A stretch of DNA of 64,000 bases, taken from positions 250,957 through 314,956 of IMG/VR virus record IMGVR_UViG_3300048591_000147; one strand, 5' to 3'. The notes under the pieces are model-generated. The model did no database searches. It worked only from the letters and a program-made list of their open reading frames with translations, and was not told the origin of the DNA. A program made the position numbers and the translations under genes. This document shows, piece after piece, positions 10,511-20,710 of the stretch. Position 1 is the stretch's first letter. Every line of letters starts with the position of its first letter.

Positions 10511-10818
10511 CAGTTTCAGAATTTAAAATTTGGTTAGAAGGTGTAATGGCATTTCAGGAAGCAAATTGGAAGCCAACCGCGAAACAATGGGATCTTATTT
10601 TTCAAAAGATAAAAGATCTACAAGATGGCGGTAGACCACAACAATTTGCCCAACAACATCCAGCACCGTATCCACAACGACCACTGTTACAAGAACATCC
10701 ACAATACGAGCAGGAAGTTGTGAGAATACCCGCGCCACAGATCCAGCCTTTGGATTACGACCCATCGTTGGTCCCTAAGATGGGTGAAGGTAAATACGTT
10801 TCTGAATTTGACGTATAA
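10507..10818 (+). CDS. hypothetical protein
   Basis: ORF with ATGA overlap to the upstream stop. Confidence 0.55.
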   Translation: MTVSEFKIWLEGVMAFQEANWKPTAKQWDLIFQKIKDLQDGGRPQQFAQQHPAPYPQRPLLQEHPQYEQEVVRIPAPQIQPLDYDPSLVPKMGEGKYVSEFDV

Positions 10819-11379
10819 ATGTATTCTGAACTGGCTAATAGGATCTTATGGTATGATGGTAAATCGTCAATGGATATTGACGATATAGTGCGTATGATAT
10901 TGAATAATGAATCTATAGCCGATGTAAATTGTTTAGAATACGACTACGAAGTTGAGATGTATAATAAATTGCCTAACTGTGATCTACAAGTCAAGTACGG
11001 TAATGAAGACATAAAGGCCGATTGGAACATACCAGACAAGTATAAAGAAATTAGTCTTCGTGAATATATCTTAGACAAGGCAGCGGCACACAACTTGAAT
11101 AAAGATCTAGAATACATTAAGAAGAGTAACGAAAGGATAGATTACGAATTACGCTTAATATCTGACATGAATTTGGTTGGACTATTTCAATGTATATTGT
11201 ACTTAATCGATGTATTCATAGAACAAGGCATCGTGTGGGGAGTTGGGCGCGGTAGCTCATGCGCTAGTTATATATTGTATCTGATGGATCTCCATTGTGT
11301 AGATTCGATTCAATACGATATACCAGCGAACGAGTTCTATAAAGAAGTTATAAATAAGGTACACAATGAAGGCGAATAA
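10819..11379 (+). CDS. dnaE: DnaE (Pol III alpha)-like fragment A (palm N-part)
   Basis: ERIDYELRLI...GVGRGSSCASYILYLMDLHCVDSIQYDIPANEFYK aligns by eye with DnaE RLxxEL...GPGRGSGAGSLVAYAL...DPLEFDLLFERF. Confidence 0.8.
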   Translation: MYSELANRILWYDGKSSMDIDDIVRMILNNESIADVNCLEYDYEVEMYNKLPNCDLQVKYGNEDIKADWNIPDKYKEISLREYILDKAAAHNLNKDLEYIKKSNERIDYELRLISDMNLVGLFQCILYLIDVFIEQGIVWGVGRGSSCASYILYLMDLHCVDSIQYDIPANEFYKEVINKVHNEGE

Positions 11380-11384
11380 GAGAT

Positions 11385-11774
11385 ATGAGTAAGAAAATTG
11401 TAAAGTCATTACGTGGTGAAGATGTGGATTTTGATATGCTGCGTATTAAGTCTGATTTAGGCGCGATACCTGAAACCGCAGACGTAAAGTTCAGAGAGAA
11501 TATTATTCAATCTAGACGTAGAAGAAAGAATTCTTCTAAGCGAAAAGTCAAAGACATGCTGGCTCAGCAACAGATTAATCAAAAGGCTGTTATGATAGGG
11601 CTAGAAAAGCAGCGCAAACAGCGTGCAGACGAAGGCGTTAAACCTGTCGATGAGTTAGCGGTTCCAGTACTTGAGCTTGACACAAGTGTGGTAGATACCG
11701 AGAGTACAGAAACAAAAGAAAACTTCAATAGAAAAATAAGGAAAAATCAATCTAATGGACCTATCAGCGATTAA
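11385..11774 (+). CDS. hypothetical basic protein
   Basis: 129-aa ORF. Confidence 0.55.
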   Translation: MSKKIVKSLRGEDVDFDMLRIKSDLGAIPETADVKFRENIIQSRRRRKNSSKRKVKDMLAQQQINQKAVMIGLEKQRKQRADEGVKPVDELAVPVLELDTSVVDTESTETKENFNRKIRKNQSNGPISD

Positions 11775-12063
11775 GAATCATATATTATTTGAGTTTAGTG
11801 ATCAAGTAATTAATAAAGCGTTTGCAAATGAAACAACTTGGGGCTTCACAGTTTTAGATAGAAATGAAGACGTTAAGTTGGCGAGATGGGCTAAGGTTTT
11901 GGCTTGTGGACCAGATGTCAATTCAGACATCAACGTAGGTGATTATATTTACATAGAGCCATTAGCATGGACTACTAAAGTAGCAATCAACAAGAAGGAT
12001 TACTGGATGACCAATGATACGAAGGTATTATTAGTATCCGATGAGTTACCCAAAGCACTTTAA
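11755..12063 (+). CDS. GroES/gp31-like co-chaperonin
   Basis: SAIKNHILFE...WAKVLACGPDV...INVGDYIY pattern and 102-aa size. Confidence 0.7.
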   Translation: MDLSAIKNHILFEFSDQVINKAFANETTWGFTVLDRNEDVKLARWAKVLACGPDVNSDINVGDYIYIEPLAWTTKVAINKKDYWMTNDTKVLLVSDELPKAL

Positions 12064-12076
12064 CATTGTTTAACAT

Positions 12077-12119
12077 AATTAGCCCCCTAGATTGATAACT
12101 CTTTCTAGGGGGCTAATTT
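12077..12119 (+). terminator. stem-loop terminator
   Basis: AATTAGCCCCCTAGA / TCTAGGGGGCTAATT inverted repeat. Confidence 0.75.
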
Positions 12120-12198
12120 ATTGTAAAGTCCGTTTATGTATTGACATATATGTCCCGGATATTGTAAAGTACTCTCCACAATGTAGAGAGATAACTGA

Positions 12199-13149
12199 AT
12201 GAGTAAGAAAATATGGTCATTGTCATATAGACCACGCAAAATAGAAGATTATGTATTTTCATCACAACATACCAAAGATATAATCGAAGGCTTCATCAAA
12301 AACAAGAGCATCCCACACCTAATGTTTTATGGTAGTCCGGGGACTGGTAAGACTACTTTGGCGTTCTTACTAAAAGAATATCTTGGGGTGGACGACTCAG
12401 ACTTTCTTTTCCTGAATGCATCGAAAGATAATTCGGTCGATGTAATAAGAACACGAGTAACAGACTTTATAACTACGTGCTGTATATCAGAGTCTGGATT
12501 CAAAATAGTGTTATTGGATGAAGGTGATGCACTGACTAAAGCCGCTCAAGACACATTGAGATCAATGATGGAGACTTATGAGGATAACGCTAGATTCATC
12601 CTCTGCTGTAATTATCCACACAAGATAACCGACCCACTAAAGTCAAGATTTCAGGGTATTGAATTCAACTCAATCGACAAAGAACAGATGTTCGTCAAGA
12701 CGGTTGAAATCCTCCAACAGGCTGGTGTCACTATAGACGAATCTACGTTAGACATTGTGGAAAAACAGCTAATAGCAGATTATCCAGATTTCCGAAAGTT
12801 GCTAAACAGCTTACAGAAGAACACCATTAACAATGTGTTGGTTGACTGTGAACAGGCGGAAGACGCATCCATGATGGATAAGATAACGCTGTTTGACATC
12901 GTTACTGCGACAAGTGCCATAGACTGGTCAAACGTTAGAGATAATGTCGTGACCAATATCAGTGACTCCGACTTCCTAGAATATTATCGATTCTTCTATG
13001 ACCATCTACACGAGTCTGACAAGTTTAAGGACGTGAATAAATGGAAAGCCGGGATAGTCATCATAGCTGATCACCTATATAAGCACTCGCTTGTGGCTGA
13101 TCAAGAAATAAATTTCACGGCAATGTTAGTACGAATTAACGGAGTATAA
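12199..13149 (+). CDS. clamp loader large subunit (gp44/RFC-like AAA+)
   Basis: YRPRKIEDYV, GSPGTGKTT, LNASKD, LLDEGDAL, SRF. Confidence 0.92.
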   Translation: MSKKIWSLSYRPRKIEDYVFSSQHTKDIIEGFIKNKSIPHLMFYGSPGTGKTTLAFLLKEYLGVDDSDFLFLNASKDNSVDVIRTRVTDFITTCCISESGFKIVLLDEGDALTKAAQDTLRSMMETYEDNARFILCCNYPHKITDPLKSRFQGIEFNSIDKEQMFVKTVEILQQAGVTIDESTLDIVEKQLIADYPDFRKLLNSLQKNTINNVLVDCEQAEDASMMDKITLFDIVTATSAIDWSNVRDNVVTNISDSDFLEYYRFFYDHLHESDKFKDVNKWKAGIVIIADHLYKHSLVADQEINFTAMLVRINGV

Positions 13150-13150
13150 G

Positions 13151-13474
13151 ATGTCAAATTTAGAAGATACATATAAAAAAGATATAGATCCAGCCAAGCT
13201 GAAAATCATACGCTCTCATATGGAGAAGGCAGATATACTGTCATGGCGTCGTAAGAAAGAAAAAATGGAAAAGATGATTGAAGAGGAAATTCAACCAATA
13301 GAAGACGACATCTTAGCTTTGATACTTAAAAAGCAACCGTATATGGATGAACTACTCGGCCTTCGTTCTACCATGGTAGAAACGTGTATCCATCCAGAAG
13401 ATCTTTTAGTGGAATATGATGACGGTACACTGTTTTGCAACTTTTGTAATAAGAGACTGAAAATTCATGGCTAA
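13151..13474 (+). CDS. hypothetical protein
   Basis: 107-aa ORF with CxH...CNFC. Confidence 0.55.
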   Translation: MSNLEDTYKKDIDPAKLKIIRSHMEKADILSWRRKKEKMEKMIEEEIQPIEDDILALILKKQPYMDELLGLRSTMVETCIHPEDLLVEYDDGTLFCNFCNKRLKIHG

Positions 13475-13907
13475 AAAAATAGACATATTCGAAGTATTGA
13501 GAAAGATAGATGCTTGCGATATTGCTTATTTTCAGAATCTGGATGAAGAGGAAATGAAATCTGTTCAACCATTAGTTATCATGCGATGGATGTCAGGGAC
13601 GAAAGATTCAACACAGATTCAAAGGATCAATGCGCTTACTAACTCATTCGTGTTCTCTTTGCAGAAAGAGAAAATGCTGTTAATAAAGTTGTTGATGGCG
13701 TCTTCCACTTCTAAGAAAACGTACAAGTGGTATGGTAAGAAGTCTTCAGTCATTCTCCCTAAATCAAACGTGGAGATTGTCATGGACTATTACACATGTT
13801 CGAAGAAAGAGGCTGTAGAAGCTGTTAAACTGCTGAGTAAGGATGATATACTAGCGCTAGCGATTGAGTTGGGTTACCAAAAAGAAGATATGACTGGTAT
13901 AAAATGA
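13467..13907 (+). CDS. possible clamp loader small subunit (gp62-like)
   Basis: Size, helical content and position after gp44; weak motif support. Confidence 0.4.
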   Translation: MAKKIDIFEVLRKIDACDIAYFQNLDEEEMKSVQPLVIMRWMSGTKDSTQIQRINALTNSFVFSLQKEKMLLIKLLMASSTSKKTYKWYGKKSSVILPKSNVEIVMDYYTCSKKEAVEAVKLLSKDDILALAIELGYQKEDMTGIK

Positions 13908-14575
13908 AGATAAAATGTGATTTTTGTGAGTACGTTTTTAAAAGCGAACAAGACGGTAAAGATCATTCTTGTAAATATTCCGAACGCTTCCAGAAAGTAA
14001 GGACGCTTACCGGGCTATTGGCCTTCGATTTGTATAAATCGTGGAGGCAAAAGAAGGGGTTCTTCACTGGTGACGAATCGACCTTTATCATGTCAAAATA
14101 TTTTACGGTATTCTTTAATCTTGGTGAATTCATGAACAAGAAGTCCATACCACTGCGCCAGCATTACTTAGACTTCTGTATAAAAGCTACCTTACTGCCC
14201 AACAATTGGTATTCAGAAACAGTCTACATGGAATACCTAATGACATTCGACAATGAGGTAGACCCAGAATTACAGTACAAGATTAGTAAGAAGACGATAA
14301 ACTCATTGGCTGATATGATTGATTGTCAGCCGAATCAGGTTTTACACTACCTGAATTTTGATGAAATTGCTAAATTGGTGTATACGAAGAATCTGTCACC
14401 ATGGTTTTTGCTCTTCAGTAAGGTATTCAATCATATCTATAAAAATAAATTAACAAACGAAGAACGTATCCTGTGTGATAGATTGATAAATCGTGATGTA
14501 TGGGTAGAGAAGTTAAGAGCCAACCGGGAAACTTCACAAACTATAATCAATTTGATAAAAGAGGATTCGTTTTAA
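13904..14575 (+). CDS. hypothetical protein with N-terminal zinc finger
   Basis: CDFC...HSC. Confidence 0.55.
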   Translation: MKIKCDFCEYVFKSEQDGKDHSCKYSERFQKVRTLTGLLAFDLYKSWRQKKGFFTGDESTFIMSKYFTVFFNLGEFMNKKSIPLRQHYLDFCIKATLLPNNWYSETVYMEYLMTFDNEVDPELQYKISKKTINSLADMIDCQPNQVLHYLNFDEIAKLVYTKNLSPWFLLFSKVFNHIYKNKLTNEERILCDRLINRDVWVEKLRANRETSQTIINLIKEDSF

Positions 14576-14628
14576 TCGTAACTGGACATAAATACATCTG
14601 ATAAATAAATAAAATTCAGGGATTTTTA

Positions 14629-16455
14629 ATGGCCAGTTGCAATGACAATACATATGTGGTTAGATTTACGGACCCAATCAGAGGCACTATATCAGTTGGT
14701 AAGAATGCACTAATCACTGATGAAGCTGACGTTGCGTTTCCGGGGAAATCTAGATTGGAGTATGGTGAAATTTTCAATGAGAATGTTTTACACATGCTCG
14801 AAAATTTCGCATGTTCAGAAGATGAAGCCAACCCCGGTAATCCAGATTTAGATGTAGCGTATGGTGCATTATTACAACTGCCAGTGTATGGCCAGTTCTG
14901 GTTAAATACAACACAAGGTAGATTATATTTTTGGGATGATACTAATTGGGTGCCATTTGGATTGTCAGATGACATCTATGGTAACGCTGGTGTTATCTTT
15001 AATGGTGAATTCATCCCAGTTCCAGTAAGCCCGGTAACAGGATTGCCTTTTGACACAGCAGAATGTATGTTCGTTGTTTCACCGTTTTACACACCAGAAG
15101 AAACAGATTATATAGAATGCACTGTAAATCGTCTAACTGGACAAGTGTCATCGCATTATAGACTGGCAAGCGGTGGTGGATTAGTAGATGCTTGTGCAAA
15201 CTATTTAGTGTTAGCTATCAGAGGTAACGTAAATCTAGGTACGGATGCTTGTAGTGTATTAGCAGTTCCAACTGCCACACCGACACCGACACCGACCATA
15301 ACACCATCTGTGACCACTACAGTAACTCCTACGATCACCCCTACGTTGACACCAACAATCACAACAACTGTGACTCCTACAGTTACTCCGACTATTACAA
15401 TATCTCCATCACCGGGGTCATCGCCAACACCAACACCAACTATTACTCCAACTGTGACGCCAACTATATCTGTGACGCCTACTCTTGGATTAACTCCAAC
15501 TGTGACGCCAACTATATCTGTGACGCCAACTATATCTGTGACGCCAACTATATCTGTGACGCCAACTATATCGGCGCCAGCAGCGTCACCACCAGCATTA
15601 GGACCATTTGGCGCCTCTGCCGGTGGCGGTCTAATATCACCAAGTTGTGGCGTATATTATCCTTCTACTAGCACACCAATCGGATCTGGTAGTTTGGTTT
15701 ATAATAGTATTTCGCATATATTAACTGGTAGAGGTTCAGGTGCTATAGCAGGTGGAGTAGGTTGCCCTACAACATCTACATATAGTGGTGGTATAACATT
15801 TACTGCGTCTGGCGGCACCCGTGTCGGTCCAACTGGGCCGTTCTACTCTTGGACATTAACAGGGGTGGCTAGTGGCTCAGCGGCGATTAATGTTACAAAA
15901 CTTGTTTACGGTGTAAACAATAATAAATGTGGTATCAATGTCAGTTCGTCTGGACCAGACGGATCATTCGGATCATGGCAAGGTACATTAACATTGGAAG
16001 CTAGATCAGCGTTGCATTTGCCGCCTACGCATACATTAGATATAGATATAGATATAGTTATTAATCACACTGGGGCTACGGCCCTGATAGTGTCTCCATC
16101 CATTACAAACACCGATTCTGCTTGTGGGCCAGCACCTGTTTCAGGTTGGAGACACAGTTTTAGTGGTTCCTTGGGCGGTACAATAACAGGCGGTATTTAT
16201 CGTGAGATAATAGCTCAATCATTAACAACCTCTCCGGGCTACACAATCAATTCTGGGTGGACTGCATCACTAATTGGTAATAATATTGTGAGCCCCGGTT
16301 TTACTGGTTATGGACCAACTAATAATTCAGGCGCGTGTGGTGACACCGGAACGATTACGATCTATGTAACGTTCTCGGTGACCGCTACTGATGGATTAGG
16401 CAACACAGCAACCAATACACGTCAAGTTCCTATAATATTGCAGAACACCCCATAA
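14629..16455 (+). CDS. virion structural (baseplate/tail-associated) protein with Pro/Thr linker
   Basis: N-domain YGEIFNENVLHMLENFA...GQFWLNT shared with the next two paralogues; long TPTxTPT tract; CATAAATA at 14587-14594. Confidence 0.7.
   Translation: MASCNDNTYVVRFTDPIRGTISVGKNALITDEADVAFPGKSRLEYGEIFNENVLHMLENFACSEDEANPGNPDLDVAYGALLQLPVYGQFWLNTTQGRLYFWDDTNWVPFGLSDDIYGNAGVIFNGEFIPVPVSPVTGLPFDTAECMFVVSPFYTPEETDYIECTVNRLTGQVSSHYRLASGGGLVDACANYLVLAIRGNVNLGTDACSVLAVPTATPTPTPTITPSVTTTVTPTITPTLTPTITTTVTPTVTPTITISPSPGSSPTPTPTITPTVTPTISVTPTLGLTPTVTPTISVTPTISVTPTISVTPTISAPAASPPALGPFGASAGGGLISPSCGVYYPSTSTPIGSGSLVYNSISHILTGRGSGAIAGGVGCPTTSTYSGGITFTASGGTRVGPTGPFYSWTLTGVASGSAAINVTKLVYGVNNNKCGINVSSSGPDGSFGSWQGTLTLEARSALHLPPTHTLDIDIDIVINHTGATALIVSPSITNTDSACGPAPVSGWRHSFSGSLGGTITGGIYREIIAQSLTTSPGYTINSGWTASLIGNNIVSPGFTGYGPTNNSGACGDTGTITIYVTFSVTATDGLGNTATNTRQVPIILQNTP
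15500..15571 (+). repeat. 18-bp perfect tandem repeat x4 (SVTPTI)
   Basis: CTGTGACGCCAACTATAT four times, plus a copy at 15452-15469. Confidence 0.95.
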
Positions 16456-16475
16456 TTGAGAATGAAGAGAATTAA

Positions 16476-17234
16476 ATGGCATATAATGTAAAATATACAA
16501 ATAATAACAAACCAGATATAGTGGTGCAAAGCGAGTCTGAATTATCAGAATCGCTAAGTGTTAATTTGTTCGGTAGAGCATTTCTAGAATATGGGGAACA
16601 ATTAAACGAGAGTTTATTAAAACTGTTGGAGAATTGCGCATGCCCAGAGTTCACTGATAACCCCGGAAGACCCGATTTGGGCAAGGGTCCACGTTTAATA
16701 AATCCGGTTGAAGGGCAATTATGGTACAATACAACGCAACAATTATTCTTTTATTGGAATGCTTTTGAATGGGTGCCGCTATCAATTCGCTCCGATGTTG
16801 CGGCGAATTGGGGTCAAATAGCTCATGGTGAAGTATTACCACGCCCTGTTAATCTTACTAATAATTATGAGTTTCCATATTCTCAATGTATCTGGATGGT
16901 TTCGCCACAAGAAATCCCAACCAGATTCAATTATTATGTGTGCACCACAGATAGTGAAGCGGTAGTAACTATGTTATATCGCACAGTTGGTGATGCAGTT
17001 CCAACACCGGGAACTGCAAACTATCTAATTATCGGTATTAAGAATAACGGTAATACTGGTATTATAGATTGTACGTATGATGTTATTACACCATTGACAC
17101 CGACCCCAACAGTTACTCCAACCCCTACTTCAACACCAGCGCCAACTCCGGGTGAAGGATTCTTCATAATGCTAGAGACTGATGTAGATATCTTATTATT
17201 AGAAACTGATGGCGGACTGTTGAAGGAAATATAA
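16476..17234 (+). CDS. virion structural protein, paralogue of 14629
   Basis: YGEQLNESLLKLLENCA...GQLWYNT; short TPTP linker. Confidence 0.7.
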   Translation: MAYNVKYTNNNKPDIVVQSESELSESLSVNLFGRAFLEYGEQLNESLLKLLENCACPEFTDNPGRPDLGKGPRLINPVEGQLWYNTTQQLFFYWNAFEWVPLSIRSDVAANWGQIAHGEVLPRPVNLTNNYEFPYSQCIWMVSPQEIPTRFNYYVCTTDSEAVVTMLYRTVGDAVPTPGTANYLIIGIKNNGNTGIIDCTYDVITPLTPTPTVTPTPTSTPAPTPGEGFFIMLETDVDILLLETDGGLLKEI

Positions 17235-17242
17235 GGATAATT

Positions 17243-17413
17243 ATGTATATAATGGTTAGGGTGACAGACAATATGATCATAGGAAGTGCAAACAATCCTA
17301 TAAATAAAAAGACTGCCATGGATAGGGGCTACTTGGTATATGAACTTAGTAGTTCGGAATATTCCGAAGATTTAATTGGCCAAATATTAGAGAGCTTTGA
17401 AGAAAAACAATGA
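17243..17413 (+). CDS. small hypothetical protein (56 aa, not in ORF track)
   Basis: AAGGA SD, MYIMVRVTDN...FEEKQ, fills the gap and overlaps the next start. Confidence 0.55.
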   Translation: MYIMVRVTDNMIIGSANNPINKKTAMDRGYLVYELSSSEYSEDLIGQILESFEEKQ

Positions 17414-18192
17414 CAGACTATAATGTGAAATTCACCAATATTGATGTACCATCTATATTGCTTGAACCTAAAGACATCAATAAAGATTATGGCGTAACGC
17501 TGTTTGGTAGAACTAGGTTACAATATGGTAGGGACATGAATGAAAATATCCTACACTTGCTTGAGCATTTTGCTTGTAGGGAGGACGCAGACAATCCCGG
17601 AAATCCAGATCTAGCATTAGCACTAGATGATGATACGACAGTGAACGATTTTCTAGGCAACCCAGTAGAAGGCCAGATATGGTTGAATTCTACTACTGAT
17701 TCACCATTTTTTTGGGATGGTAGTAGATGGGTTCCATTTGGCATGGCCGACGATTACGCCGCTAATTCCGGTAGAATCGCACATGGTGAGCAGATACCGT
17801 TACCAGTGAGCGTAACCGGATACGGATTTTCACCACAAGAATGCGTCTGGATTGTTAGTCCTTCTAATCTGCCAGCAGTTGTAGACTATTTTATTTGTAG
17901 AACAGATTCTGAAGCAATAGTAAATATGCAATATAGTCTGACTACTAGCGGAGCGCTTATTGATGGTTGCGCGAATTATTTAATTTTTGGATTAAAGCAT
18001 AATACTAATAATGGCGAATTGCCACCTGATATAACTCCAACTCCAACACCTTCAGTCACTCCAAATCCTGTTGTTACGCCTTCGGTTACACCCGGCGCAG
18101 AATTTATTATATCTGAAGACGAAGATTATTACTTCATTGTGCAGGAATATACTGCATATGATAGTCAGAACGAATACATAGTACAAGAATAA
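17410..18192 (+). CDS. virion structural protein, paralogue of 14629
   Basis: YGRDMNENILHLLEHFA...GQIWLNS; TPTPTPSVTP linker. Confidence 0.7.
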   Translation: MTDYNVKFTNIDVPSILLEPKDINKDYGVTLFGRTRLQYGRDMNENILHLLEHFACREDADNPGNPDLALALDDDTTVNDFLGNPVEGQIWLNSTTDSPFFWDGSRWVPFGMADDYAANSGRIAHGEQIPLPVSVTGYGFSPQECVWIVSPSNLPAVVDYFICRTDSEAIVNMQYSLTTSGALIDGCANYLIFGLKHNTNNGELPPDITPTPTPSVTPNPVVTPSVTPGAEFIISEDEDYYFIVQEYTAYDSQNEYIVQE

Positions 18193-18214
18193 ATAGACAT
18201 TAAAGGAATATAAA

Positions 18215-18757
18215 ATGCCAAATTTAAGAATCAGTGAATTTACCTTGAATACCACCTTAAACGGTAGTGAGATAGTTTTAGGGGTGCAATCTGGAAATAC
18301 AGTCAAAATCAGTATGGATGCAATAAAAACATTCGTCCTTGATGTAGATGCTTCCAGTATTGGTGATGTTGTAATAGCCGATGTTTTGTTAACAGATGTT
18401 AACTCGACAGTTTTGAACATAGCTGTTAATAGTTCTACGATGTATCAAATTGATGCGATGCTGTTTATAGAAAACCCAAATACTGACGGGTTAATATTTG
18501 ATATAGGTGTATATGATTTAACGACAGATATATTTAATATTGGGTATGTGGGTGGTGCTAGTTTTGGTGTCATGGAGATAGCTGTTCAGGAGGTCATTTC
18601 GGATGCTACTGGAATCCCGTTCATCAGAATGAGTGGGATAATATCAGTGACTGGAACTGGCGGTACGATGACAGTGACTGCGAGAGTAGATAATAACGTT
18701 ATAGGCACTACAAGCATTCTCAAGGGTAGCTATATCGTCGCTACAAAAATTCAATAA
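18215..18757 (+). CDS. putative virion protein
   Basis: Beta-rich 180-aa ORF in structural cluster. Confidence 0.5.
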   Translation: MPNLRISEFTLNTTLNGSEIVLGVQSGNTVKISMDAIKTFVLDVDASSIGDVVIADVLLTDVNSTVLNIAVNSSTMYQIDAMLFIENPNTDGLIFDIGVYDLTTDIFNIGYVGGASFGVMEIAVQEVISDATGIPFIRMSGIISVTGTGGTMTVTARVDNNVIGTTSILKGSYIVATKIQ

Positions 18758-18765
18758 TTTATAAC

Positions 18766-19425
18766 ATGCATATAACAAATCTAGTCGTCAAAACAACCCC
18801 ATTTAATGAAAATAAAAAATGGGGTGACGCTTTATCTCTGAAAATAAGATTATTACAAAATTCTGATTGGGTCTTATTACCAGACTCTTCTGTTTACAAT
18901 CTGGAAGAATGGGTATTGTGGCGTCAGAAAGTAAAGCAAGTATCAAGAGAATCATCAGAGTCTCCAGAACAGGCTAAGCAATTACTTACCAAGTTAATGG
19001 AGTCTACACCACAGGTTATCAAGCTGGATACTGGTAGTATAGAATCATTTAGATTTGAGCTGATAGCTAAAGTAAAATATTACTACAATCGTAAAATAGA
19101 GACGCAGTGTATCGATAGTGATCTAATTCCATTATTAGTGAATGAGCGGTATGAAGAGGCGATAGCATATAAAACAAAATCAAAAATACAGGATTTTGTT
19201 TTGATTCTTAATGAAGTGACATCAACTGGAAAAACCGTCAAAGAAGTGATATCATCCTTTAAAGACGATAAGTTACGCATGAAGTTAATAATAGCGACTA
19301 ACTACAATGCAATGGTGCGGATGATCGCCTCTATTGAAGGGGCTAATTTCGAGGAACTTACGTCCATTTATGATAGAGTACGCACATGGATATTGATATC
19401 GACATTAAACCAGTTAGTAATCTAA
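18766..19425 (+). CDS. tail fibre assembly chaperone-like protein
   Basis: LLQNSDWVLLPDS...WRQKVK resembles the tail-assembly chaperone motif. Confidence 0.5.
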   Translation: MHITNLVVKTTPFNENKKWGDALSLKIRLLQNSDWVLLPDSSVYNLEEWVLWRQKVKQVSRESSESPEQAKQLLTKLMESTPQVIKLDTGSIESFRFELIAKVKYYYNRKIETQCIDSDLIPLLVNERYEEAIAYKTKSKIQDFVLILNEVTSTGKTVKEVISSFKDDKLRMKLIIATNYNAMVRMIASIEGANFEELTSIYDRVRTWILISTLNQLVI

Positions 19426-19955
19426 CTGACAGGCTATACGGCACCAGAGCTTCAACAATAGAAAACAAAGAACTAAAGCCCCACTTAGTAGGATGGTATT
19501 TTCAAACCATTCCGGTAGATCATATCACCGGGCTGGCAGCAATACCATACAATAAAGCCGAAGAATTAGACTTCAAAAAAATAGACATATTGAACTTGAA
19601 CTTGTTGAAGTTGTTCGATTCTAGGGCAGAGTTGAAAGCCGTGCTGGACATAAAACCTAACTGGAAAATGTTAGAACATGAATCCGTAGTTACTAGATTA
19701 TTTCATATCAAAAATCATTTTGACATCGTGATACGATGTAAGCCGAAGTCGGTAGAAGACATTGCAGATATATTAGCATTGATTCGTCCGGGCAAAAAAG
19801 AACTTTTAGATAAATATTTAAAAGACAAATCGGCTGTAAGACCGTTGTTGTATGATAAACACCTAGATAGCGATCTACGTAAATCGCATGCGGTGGCATA
19901 TGCAATGAACATTGTAGTCCAGATGAATCTTATTCAACTAGGAATAGATATATGA
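19386..19955 (+). CDS. dnaE: DnaE-like fragment B (catalytic aspartates, partial fingers)
   Basis: MDIDIDI (PDxDxDF), KKIDILNL (KxDxLGL), PKSVEDIADILALIRPG, LRKSHAVAYA (FNKSHxxAY). Confidence 0.8.
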   Translation: MDIDIDIKPVSNLTDRLYGTRASTIENKELKPHLVGWYFQTIPVDHITGLAAIPYNKAEELDFKKIDILNLNLLKLFDSRAELKAVLDIKPNWKMLEHESVVTRLFHIKNHFDIVIRCKPKSVEDIADILALIRPGKKELLDKYLKDKSAVRPLLYDKHLDSDLRKSHAVAYAMNIVVQMNLIQLGIDI

Positions 19956-20266
19956 AATTTTTAAATTGGTTAATGGAGAAACAAGAGAATGATAAAGCAT
20001 TGTCGTTGTATCAGTCCCTTGCACTCTTGATAATAAACTCTAGTCCTAGTACGGAGTTAGCCACAGAACTTATCAATAAAAACTTGAAACTCATTAATGC
20101 CGTGAACTTCCTGAAAGGGACTAGATTGATTTCATATAATCCTAGTGGATATAAGTGCACCCCGCATGGAATTCAGCAGTTAAAATATAATGGGTTTGTC
20201 AACGACAATGGATCATTAACCGATAAGGGTAAAAAATTAATCAACACCAGAAGCGAATACTTATAA
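19952..20266 (+). CDS. hypothetical protein (possible winged helix)
   Basis: 104-aa ORF ending LTDKGKK. Confidence 0.5.
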   Translation: MKFLNWLMEKQENDKALSLYQSLALLIINSSPSTELATELINKNLKLINAVNFLKGTRLISYNPSGYKCTPHGIQQLKYNGFVNDNGSLTDKGKKLINTRSEYL

Positions 20267-20710
20267 TATTTGCTCGGAATTCTCTTTAATTCTACCAGAG
20301 TAGATAATTTCTATAGAGTCTGGAATATCTTTCTTTCTCTTTCTCTTTATCTTAATAGGGTTTCCCATATTGAACACAAATAATGGCCCTAATATTCTTG
20401 ACACGTAGTCAACCGGGAAACATTTTATTATAGTGCTATACTCTGTTACATTGTTTCTTGATAAGAATACAGAGAATGGGATCAGGTGTGAGTAATCTTC
20501 ATACCATCTCTTACCGTAAGACACTATCTCATTTTCATTCAGACTAGCCGGTTGACATTCATCTAATACATACGCATGAATAATATCATTAATAATATTA
20601 TCTACGATTGTTATCTGCGGCTTGTCCATATATTTAATCAATGATATGAAACGGTATCCATTGTAATTTTCTGGATATTCTTCTGGAACTAATTTTGAAT
20701 ATTTTTTCAT
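20261..20710 (-). CDS. hypothetical protein
   Basis: 149-aa ORF on minus strand, coupled to 20707-20988. Confidence 0.6.
   Translation of the reverse strand: MKKYSKLVPEEYPENYNGYRFISLIKYMDKPQITIVDNIINDIIHAYVLDECQPASLNENEIVSYGKRWYEDYSHLIPFSVFLSRNNVTEYSTIIKCFPVDYVSRILGPLFVFNMGNPIKIKRKRKKDIPDSIEIIYSGRIKENSEQIL

Noticed and set aside
10819-19955. Trans-splicing split intein in the DnaE halves
   Set aside because: No intein N-terminal (C/S...) or C-terminal (HN) blocks at the junction ends
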